64,000 bases of DNA from the NCBI GenBank assembly GCA_016191225.1, contig JACPPC010000008.1, forward strand, positions 15,037 to 79,036, read 5' to 3'. Position numbers and translations under genes: made by a program. Of the stretch, positions 29,770 through 37,939 are shown one piece after another. The first letter of the stretch is position 1. The number at the start of each line of letters is the position of its first letter. The notes beneath the pieces were generated by a model. That model was not told where the DNA came from. It searched no databases and saw nothing but the letters and a program-made list of their open reading frames with translations. This stretch comes from Gemmatimonadota bacterium (GTDB lineage: Bacteria; Gemmatimonadota; Gemmatimonadetes; Gemmatimonadales; Gemmatimonadaceae).

Positions 29770-30900
29770 TTGGCTGCGGCAGCTTTGAGTGCGCTTGGTT
29801 GCTCAGGCGGCGGAGGCGGCGCGCGACAACGAACCGCGGCAGACACGTGCCGAATCGGGGCGAACGCACTGGGAGAGGTGACCTATCACGCATATCGAAT
29901 TGACTCGATCAATGGCCGGCCCAACAAGCATGCGAATCTCTTCATATGCCCCGCCACCGTCAGGGTGCTCGGGGAGTCGCTGCGACTGAAGGTGCGGGTT
30001 GTCCTGGACTGCCGGTACACTGGAACTTGGCAGTTCTACGAGAGTTCGTGCAATCGCGGCACCTTCCTCAACTGCTGGGCGCATTGGCGATCCGGCTACG
30101 ATCCCACGCCCGACAACGATGTCGGCTACACGTTGACTGGATTCACCTACGCCGACACGTTTCCGTATCAGACCACCTCGATTCTGATGCGTTATATGAC
30201 GAGCCCGAATGTGTCGCCGGTCTCTGGCGACAGTCTCTTGTTTTCGTGGCAACAGCCCAATGGTGTTGGCGGCTTCTGGAACACGTATACCATTCGGGTT
30301 GATTCGCTTGCGGGCTACATCGCGGGCCCTGCAACCGTTGCGGCCGGAACGACTGCGACCTGGCAACTGGTGCCAGACTGGTCGGCCTCGGGTTACGAGA
30401 TCAACTGGACGTTGGCTGGCTCCCCTGTCAGCGGAGACGACACGGTCGCGGTGGCCATTGCTGGATCCGGCGCGAAGACGCTCCGGGCAGAGTACTTTAC
30501 CACAAGCGGTGCCGTGCAGGTCGTCGAGATGTCGATAAGCCCGCGTGTCTGGGCCAGCATATCTGGCCCGACCGTGATCACCGCCGCCGGCACCTATGAG
30601 TTTGCAGCTGGAGAAACACACACGCCGGATGCCACTGCGAGCTACAGCTGGTGGAGGGTAGACCAAGGAACCAATGCGACCACGTACCTGGGATCGGGGG
30701 CCTCCGTAAACGTCATCGTCGAGGAAGGATCTCCGAGTTTTGATGTCTCGGTGCTCGTGAGCGCGAGCGGATACTCGTCGAACACTGACTTGAAGTCCGT
30801 CGAGGTTAGTACGTCAGGGTGCGGCGGGCAGGCCTGTCTGAGGGCACCTGCGTCGCCTGAGCGAGATCGACGCAAGAGAGCCTTCGGCATATTGCCTTGA
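29770..30900 (+). CDS. hypothetical Cys-rich lipoprotein with two Ig/PKD-like repeats
   Basis: The only in-frame start is TTG at 29770, giving MAAAALSALGC-SGG. The N-terminal domain has six Cys. It is followed by duplicated units IAGPATVAAGTTATWQL.. and ISGPTVITAAGTYEFAA... The start is uncertain (see finding). Confidence 0.6.
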   Translation: MAAAALSALGCSGGGGGARQRTAADTCRIGANALGEVTYHAYRIDSINGRPNKHANLFICPATVRVLGESLRLKVRVVLDCRYTGTWQFYESSCNRGTFLNCWAHWRSGYDPTPDNDVGYTLTGFTYADTFPYQTTSILMRYMTSPNVSPVSGDSLLFSWQQPNGVGGFWNTYTIRVDSLAGYIAGPATVAAGTTATWQLVPDWSASGYEINWTLAGSPVSGDDTVAVAIAGSGAKTLRAEYFTTSGAVQVVEMSISPRVWASISGPTVITAAGTYEFAAGETHTPDATASYSWWRVDQGTNATTYLGSGASVNVIVEEGSPSFDVSVLVSASGYSSNTDLKSVEVSTSGCGGQACLRAPASPERDRRKRAFGILP

Positions 30901-31136
30901 GAGCGCGTCGCAACGAGCCTGCGACCGGTCCCGATTCCGGCTTGGCCCAAGGGCGCGGACGCCGCCGCTGCGGTTTCGCGCATGGGATCGCGGAGGCACT
31001 GCGAAGTGCCCTGTTCAGGCGCGCAACGATCGACCGGGCTGCGTGTACCATTGGGCTCTACTCCGGATGCCTCAGGTGGCATCGTCGTGCGCTAGGGGTG
31101 CTGCGAAGCGATCGTGGGACTCGAAGGGCAGGGAGA

Positions 31137-32066
31137 ATGAACGGTGCGCGGCGGATGTTCAGCGCGTTGACACTTCTCGGGGTGGTCTGCTGTGACGCGG
31201 CGACCACCCCCCCTGGACCGAGTGTGTCAATCTTCGACGCTGTGAGTGGCGCGGCAGCCGTGGCTCTCGACTCGAACGGAGTTTTCACGCAAGCGTTTCC
31301 AGACACGTTCGGCGCGGACCGTCTGATCTCCAAGACACGTGCAGTCGATCTCGCGCGCGCCTACGTGCGCGACTTCGGGCCCCAGCTTCGGGACGACTGG
31401 GCCGACGCAACGGGGGTGGCCATCTCGGTGGCGGCACTTCGTGAATGCCGGCAGCCGACGTTTGTGGAGTCTCCGTATCAGCCGATCGCTGCCGGCGTTT
31501 CACTCACGGCGAGAAAGGCCTATGGGCCCCGATTCTGGGTTCAGTTCTGCCAGTCTACCCCGCGCGTGCTGCTAGTCGTCGCGGTGGCTGCGCTCGCGAT
31601 TGACGTGGAGCTCGACTCAGGTGGCTTGCGCCCGCAGGACGACCTGTCCGTCTCGTTTCAGGCATCGCCGGTTCCGCAGAACTGGGACGTGCCACTCGAT
31701 GCGGAGGGCGTGGCGACTGGCTTGGCTATCTCCACATCCACCCGCGTCGCTACGGTGCCTGCGGCGCGCGCGAGAAGGAATGGCTTGCCGTTTTTTGTTG
31801 ACTGGTCGACTGAGATGGAACGTGGAGTGAGGTTGGTGGATGCGGCGGATCCCTCCAGCGCACGCGTGCTTGTCCAAGTGCTCTTCGGAGACGATGGCCA
31901 GCGCAGGAGCGCCATGTTTCGCCGCGACACCACGGTGATGGTCGCAGACACTTCGACTGCGTACGACCCAGTTGGTGCCACGCCTGGGTCGCCGGGCCGA
32001 GCGTTCACACTCGTGTTCGTGCCTCAGTCGCGATCCGCTACTGTTCGCGTCGTCCGCGCTCCCTAG
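31137..32066 (+). CDS. hypothetical lipoprotein-like protein, island paralog C
   Basis: ATG at 31137, signal MNGARRMFSALTLLGVVCC. Alignable with paralog A: VESPYQPIA/VDSPYEPIV, RKAYGPRFWV/RKAFGPRFRV, PQNWDVPLDAEG/PPDWEVPIDAEE. Confidence 0.65.
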   Translation: MNGARRMFSALTLLGVVCCDAATTPPGPSVSIFDAVSGAAAVALDSNGVFTQAFPDTFGADRLISKTRAVDLARAYVRDFGPQLRDDWADATGVAISVAALRECRQPTFVESPYQPIAAGVSLTARKAYGPRFWVQFCQSTPRVLLVVAVAALAIDVELDSGGLRPQDDLSVSFQASPVPQNWDVPLDAEGVATGLAISTSTRVATVPAARARRNGLPFFVDWSTEMERGVRLVDAADPSSARVLVQVLFGDDGQRRSAMFRRDTTVMVADTSTAYDPVGATPGSPGRAFTLVFVPQSRSATVRVVRAP

Positions 32067-32089
32067 GTCGTCGCCACCAACTGGTGCTG

Positions 32090-33247
32090 CTAGTCGATGG
32101 TCGGCGTGACCGGCGGTGTCGGCATCTTCGTCCTCGGCGCCGCCGCCTTCACCTTCCGCTCCCCCGCCGCCTTCACCGCCAGCGCCTCGCGCACCAGCAG
32201 TCCGCCGCCCGCGAACGCCACAAGCGCCAGCACCGCGAACGCGATCGCCCACCCGAAGTCCGTCCACTGCAGCGTGATCGCCAGCCGCCCGCGGAACGGC
32301 TCCGCCGGGTCGAGCAGCACGCTGTGGTGGCTGCCGTACTCCACCAGCGCCGAGTCGGCCTCCGCCTTCGCACGCTCCTTGTACCAGCCCCCCGCCGGCA
32401 GCAGCAGCGCGCTCCCCGTCGCCGAGCGCTCGAGCGCCATCAGCGCGTCCACGCTGTAGAGCGTCGTCCCCTTTCGCTCCACGTCCACCACGCTCACGCC
32501 GACGCTCGTCGCATCGGTGCGGCGCCACTCGTTCCGCTGCACCAGCTGCGGCCGCGCCGACAGCCAGCTCGCGCCCGCGAGCCCGAGCCCCAGCACGAAC
32601 GCCGCCATCGCCGCCACCGCCACGCGCCGCACCTGCTTGCGCACTTTGGCGTTCACCTTCTTGGCCGCCACCGCCTCCTGCCGCCGCTTCTCCGCCGCCT
32701 CCTGCGCCCGCGCCACCCAGTCGATGTCCGGCAGCGGGCCACCTTCCGGCAGCGGCTCAGGGGGCACGCTGTGCGCCTTCACCTCCTCGTAGGTCTCGAC
32801 GGTCTGGATCACCGCCAGCACCACCAGCACGATCCCCAGCAGGATCCCGATCGCCGGCCACACGAAGCGCTTCACGCTCGCCGTCGCCTGCATGTCCACT
32901 TCGGCCGGGTCGGTGGGACTGTAGCGGATCGTCCGCGTGCTCCCCACCGGCCACTCGGCCAGCCGGGTCAGCGCCTCGCCGGGGCTCCCGCTCACCACCT
33001 CGTCGTGCCCGCTGCTCGTGTACTTGAGCCCCGTCTCCTGGTAGGCGAAGTCCACCTCGCCCACGTAGCCGCTCTCGTGGGCGATCACGCGCCGGCCAAG
33101 CACCTTGGCCCGCACCTGCGGCCAGTCGCTCAGCCGCTCCGCCTTGCTCTGCACCACGTAGCCCGCGTACCCGGCCACACCGAACCCGGCCAGGTACAGC
33201 AGCCACGTCAGCTTCCCGATCTGCGATACCACCGACTTGGAGCTCAC
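32090..33247 (-). CDS. membrane protein with two tandem DUF3592-like modules
   Basis: The architecture is TM helix, beta-rich module (..IRYSPTDPAEV), TM helix, charged linker, TM helix, second module, TM helix. Composition is host-like high GC. Confidence 0.75.
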   Translation of the reverse strand: MSSKSVVSQIGKLTWLLYLAGFGVAGYAGYVVQSKAERLSDWPQVRAKVLGRRVIAHESGYVGEVDFAYQETGLKYTSSGHDEVVSGSPGEALTRLAEWPVGSTRTIRYSPTDPAEVDMQATASVKRFVWPAIGILLGIVLVVLAVIQTVETYEEVKAHSVPPEPLPEGGPLPDIDWVARAQEAAEKRRQEAVAAKKVNAKVRKQVRRVAVAAMAAFVLGLGLAGASWLSARPQLVQRNEWRRTDATSVGVSVVDVERKGTTLYSVDALMALERSATGSALLLPAGGWYKERAKAEADSALVEYGSHHSVLLDPAEPFRGRLAITLQWTDFGWAIAFAVLALVAFAGGGLLVREALAVKAAGERKVKAAAPRTKMPTPPVTPTID

Positions 33248-33314
33248 TCTGGAACTCTCCCTGCCATCTCGGCATATTCTGCAAGCTGCATCAACTACTT
33301 ACCTAGCGGACACA

Positions 33315-34439
<1,125 letters not shown>

Positions 34440-34481
34440 GAACGCGTCGACGCCGCCAGCCGGGCGCCTGCAACCAACCTC

Positions 34482-34994
34482 GTGCGCGTCGCCATCCTCA
34501 CCGTCTCCGACTCGGCCGCACGCGGCGAGCGCGCCGCGGACGTGTCCGGTGACGCCATCGCCGCCTGGTGCTCGGCGAACTCTCACGCGGTCGTGGAACG
34601 CCGCACCGTTCCCGACGGCACGGTGGAGGTCGTCCGCACGCTCCTGCGCTGGTGCGACGGCGACCTTGCCGACGTCGCCTTCACCACCGGGGGCACCGGC
34701 GTCTCGCCGCGTGACGTCACCGTCGATGCCACCCGCGCGGTGATCGAGGCCGAGATGCCCGGCATGGCCGAGCGCATGCGGGTGCCCATGATCGAGTCCT
34801 TCCCGCGGGCGGCGCTGTCGCGTGCGCTCGTCGGCGTGCGCCACCGGACCCTCGTCGTGAACCTCCCCGGCTCCCCCGGGGGTGTGCGCGACGGGATCGC
34901 GGCGCTCGCCCCGCTGCTCGAGCACGTCGTGCAGACGGTGCGCGGGAGCGAGACCGACCACGCCCCGGCCCCCAGCGGGCCGAGCCTCCGGTGA
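34482..34994 (+). CDS. molybdenum cofactor biosynthesis protein, MogA/MoaB family
   Basis: GTG start. VAILTVSDS.., FTTGGTGVSPRDVT and NLPGSPGG are present. Confidence 0.8.
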   Translation: MRVAILTVSDSAARGERAADVSGDAIAAWCSANSHAVVERRTVPDGTVEVVRTLLRWCDGDLADVAFTTGGTGVSPRDVTVDATRAVIEAEMPGMAERMRVPMIESFPRAALSRALVGVRHRTLVVNLPGSPGGVRDGIAALAPLLEHVVQTVRGSETDHAPAPSGPSLR

Positions 34995-35001
34995 GCGCCC
35001 G

Positions 35002-36606
35002 GTGAAGGTCCTGATCACCCTCACCGACCTCGAGCCCGCCGTCCGGCTCAACGCCGCCCTCGAGCAGCTGGGCGGCGACGTGCGCACCGAGATGGTCTCG
35101 CCGCTCGACGACATCCGGGGCGCGATCCGCCGCCTCAAGCCCGACCTGGTGGTCTTCACCGGCGCGCTGCTCGACCCCCAGCAGGTGGCCCTCGTGCGGG
35201 AGTTGCTCTGGCAGGAGGTCCCCGTGGTGGGCTTCGCCGACGTCCTCGACGAGGGGGCGGTGGAGCGGTTGCGCACCATCGGCTACGTGGAGGTCTATCC
35301 CAAGCCGGTCGTCACCGACGACGTGCTGGCCGGGCTCAAGCGCATCGTCGAGCGGCAGGCGCTGTCACGCCAGACGGGCTTGGTGGGGGAGAGCAGCGGC
35401 ATTCGCGAGGTGCTGGTCAAGGTGGACCAGATCGCCCCGGTGTCGAGCACGGTGCTCGTCGAGGGGGAGAGCGGGACCGGCAAGGAACTCGTGGCACGGG
35501 CGATCCACCAGCGGTCGCCGAGGCGCGCCAAGCCGTTCATCGCCGTGAACGTGGGCGCCCTCCCCGAGACCCTCCTCGAGAGTGAGCTCTTCGGGCACGA
35601 GAAGGGGGCCTTCACCGGCGCGGCCGAGCGGCGGCTGGGGCGGTTCGAACTGGCCGACACCGGGACGCTGTTCCTCGACGAGATCGGGGAGATCCCCGGG
35701 AGCACGCAGGTCAAGCTCCTGCGCGTGCTCGAGGAGGGGCACGTGACGCGAGTCGGCGGCACGGTGCCGATCCCGATCAACGTGCGGGTCGTGGCGGCGA
35801 CCAACCAGCCGCTCCGCGAGCAGGTGGAGCGGGGGCACTTCCGCGCCGACCTCTACTACCGGCTCAACGTGCTGTCGATCTACCTGCCGCCGCTGCGCGA
35901 GCGTCAGGGGGACATCCCGATCCTCGTGCGGCGGTTCATTCGCGAGATCACGGCCAAGCACGACATCGCCTTTCACGGCATCTCTTCCGACGCGCTGCAG
36001 GCGCTGGTGGACTACGCCTGGCCGGGGAACGTGCGCGAGCTCAGGAATCTCGTGGAGAGCATGGTGGTGCTGGCGCACGGTCGCGAGATTCAGGTGGATG
36101 ACATTCCGCGCGCGCTCCGCGAGGGGGCGGGGGCACGATTCCTGCCGGTGCATGTGGGGCCCGCGCTGCGTGCCGGCGACGGGGCGCACGGGCGGGAACT
36201 GGAATTCATCGTGCGGTCGCTGGTGGAGCTCAAGCTGCAGGTGGAGGAGCTGCGACGGCGGCTCGATGACGAGCGTGCCGTTCGCATGGCCGGATCGTCT
36301 TCTGGCAGCGGCTCTGGGCTCCCCCCTGGCTGGGTGGGAGAACTGAAGGCGGTGGGGTATGCCGGGGCACTGACCGGCGGCCTGGGCGGGGGAATCGAGC
36401 CGCCTGGTACGCCGCCGCCGCCGAACGTGTTCACGGTGGCGCCTGGGATGACGATGGCAGCGATCGAGAAGGCGGCGATCGAGGCGGCGCTCAAGGAAAC
36501 GCGTGGGAACCGGCGCAAGGCGGCCGATATGCTGGCGATCGGGGAACGGACTTTGTATCGGAAGCTGAAGGAGTACGATCTGGAGCCCGGACCGGTATCG
36601 GACTAA
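35002..36606 (+). CDS. sigma-54-dependent transcriptional activator (NtrC family) with degenerate receiver domain
   Basis: GTG at 35002. Walker A GESGTGKE, GAFTGA, Walker B FLDEIGE and the C-terminal Fis-type HTH (RKAADMLAIGERTLYRKLKEY) are present. The N-terminal REC-like fold lacks the phospho-acceptor Asp (PDLVVFTG). Confidence 0.9.
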   Translation: MKVLITLTDLEPAVRLNAALEQLGGDVRTEMVSPLDDIRGAIRRLKPDLVVFTGALLDPQQVALVRELLWQEVPVVGFADVLDEGAVERLRTIGYVEVYPKPVVTDDVLAGLKRIVERQALSRQTGLVGESSGIREVLVKVDQIAPVSSTVLVEGESGTGKELVARAIHQRSPRRAKPFIAVNVGALPETLLESELFGHEKGAFTGAAERRLGRFELADTGTLFLDEIGEIPGSTQVKLLRVLEEGHVTRVGGTVPIPINVRVVAATNQPLREQVERGHFRADLYYRLNVLSIYLPPLRERQGDIPILVRRFIREITAKHDIAFHGISSDALQALVDYAWPGNVRELRNLVESMVVLAHGREIQVDDIPRALREGAGARFLPVHVGPALRAGDGAHGRELEFIVRSLVELKLQVEELRRRLDDERAVRMAGSSSGSGSGLPPGWVGELKAVGYAGALTGGLGGGIEPPGTPPPPNVFTVAPGMTMAAIEKAAIEAALKETRGNRRKAADMLAIGERTLYRKLKEYDLEPGPVSD

Positions 36607-36761
36607 ATGACCGATGAAACTCACTATTGCGGGAAAATGACGGCCTCTGCATATTCGCCCCGTTCAACAACTGGTCAGTTCAACACGCTGGTGCGTGGTG
36701 TTGGCGCATCAGGGTGTGTCATGAGGTCAGCAGGTTCGTGGAATTCGATTTGGAGCATGTG

Positions 36762-37499
36762 ATGGCGTTGCCGGCCGATTCGGGCGGCAAGCCGTCGCCC
36801 TCTCCGATCGCGGGGAGTGTGTTCCCCGTGCAGGGAGCCGAGGAGCTGCTGTCGTCGCTGGCGGGGGTGTTGAGCGCCCGGGTGGTGACGACGCCGACGG
36901 GGATGCTGGAGGCGATCCACGTACTCACGAGCGTGGAAGTGCCGCCCAAGCAGACGGTACGGAATGTCGAGAGCGCGCTGATGGCGCATTTCGGCATGAA
37001 GGTGGACCACCGCAAGATTTCCGTGGCGACGACGGTGGAACCGGTCAAGCCGTGGAAGACGGGCGGGACGTCGGGTGGCGGGGAAGTGAAGACGGAGGCC
37101 GACCTGGACCGGCGGCGGCTGTACTTCGAGGACGTCGAGGTGCGGCGGTCGCGAACGAAGGGCGTGACGTGCAAGGTGACGCTGCGAAAGGACGGCGTGG
37201 CCTACCACGGCGAGGCGGAGGGGATCGAGAGCGACAAGGCTTGGGTGGAACTGGCGGCGCAGGCGGCGCTGGTGGCCATCATGCAGGCTGGTGGAGCGGA
37301 GGCGATTCCGCTGGCGGTGTACGGGACGAAGGTGGTGGAGGCGTTCGACCGGGAATACGTGTTCGTGGGCATCACGGTGCGGGTGGGCCGGGATGCGATG
37401 TTGCTGACCGGCAGCTGCGAGGTACGTGAGAGCACGGAAACGAGCAGTGTGCTGGCGGTGCTGGACGCGACCAATCGTTGGATGGCGCGGGACGGTTAG
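36762..37499 (+). CDS. hypothetical cytoplasmic protein (two alpha/beta modules, no family recognised)
   Basis: ATG at 36762 lies 6 nt after GGAG. Coherent coding bias with a G-ending codon preference unlike neighbouring host genes. 245 aa. Confidence 0.7.
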   Translation: MALPADSGGKPSPSPIAGSVFPVQGAEELLSSLAGVLSARVVTTPTGMLEAIHVLTSVEVPPKQTVRNVESALMAHFGMKVDHRKISVATTVEPVKPWKTGGTSGGGEVKTEADLDRRRLYFEDVEVRRSRTKGVTCKVTLRKDGVAYHGEAEGIESDKAWVELAAQAALVAIMQAGGAEAIPLAVYGTKVVEAFDREYVFVGITVRVGRDAMLLTGSCEVRESTETSSVLAVLDATNRWMARDG

Positions 37500-37830
37500 C
37501 GAGGAGAGCGTACTGGACGGAGCGCACTGAGTCCCGTGGGGACCTGAGGAGAGCCTGGGCGACGATGCCCGGGCTCGTGTTGTCTCTGGCGGTGTGATTT
37601 GGCTTGGAAACACGAGCGGCAGGGCATGTGGGATGTCATACGGCAGGAGGAGCGAGGCAGGAGGAAGGAGCAGGAGAAGCGGAAGGCACAATTGACTGAG
37701 ACCCCCCGTCCCCGGCAGTAGCGGAGACGAGCGGACAGTGGGACCGAGGTATGAGCGGAGCCACCCTTGGCGGATAGCACGGTGCTGCGAGCGCAGGCCG
37801 TGACTTCAGACAAGAAGGAGGTGACGCAGA

Positions 37831-37902
37831 ATGACCTTCCTGGTCGGACTGTTCGGCAGCTTGGTCGGCAAGCTGTTTGGTGACACGATCAGTTGGACAT
37901 AG
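37831..37902 (+). CDS. 23-codon hydrophobic mini-ORF MTFLVGLFGSLVGKLFGDTISWT
   Basis: A perfect Shine-Dalgarno AAGGAGGTGA (37815..37824) lies 6 nt before the ATG. The TAG stop is at 37900..37902, 3 nt before a hairpin. Confidence 0.4.
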   Translation: MTFLVGLFGSLVGKLFGDTISWT

Positions 37903-37905
37903 TCC

Positions 37906-37928
37906 GTGGACCGGGGGTCCACTCTTCT
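37906..37928 (+). terminator. stem-loop gtggacc-ggg-ggtccac followed by tcttct (terminator/attenuator candidate)
   Basis: A perfect 7-bp stem at 37906..37922 followed by a pyrimidine/T-rich run at 37923..37928. It lies 11 nt upstream of the HD-GYP start codon. Confidence 0.5.
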
Positions 37929-37939
37929 AACCGAATCTT

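Noticed and set aside
33180-33314. Possible glycine riboswitch upstream of gcvT (ctctgga and caccgaa strings)
   Set aside because: Only about 67 nt separate gcvT from the divergent DUF3592 gene start, too short for even one aptamer. The caccgaa string lies inside the neighbouring coding sequence, and the conserved GGAGAG...CACCGAAGGGGCAA...CTCTCAGG core is not present.
36607-36761. Sigma-54 promoter expected between the activator gene and the orphan gene (several TGG-containing strings such as ctggtgcgtggtgttggcgca)
   Set aside because: None of the GG dinucleotides has a GC exactly 10 nt downstream in a TTGC-like context, so no promoter call is supportable.
37626-37721. A 31-codon highly charged ORF (MWDVIRQEERGRRKEQEKRKAQLTETPRPRQ) and a 10-codon ORF at 37564 (MPGLVLSLAV)
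   Set aside because: The charged ORF has no convincing ribosome-binding site and its composition is a by-product of the purine-rich repeat. The 10-codon ORF is too short to support. Both are kept only as context for the leader region.
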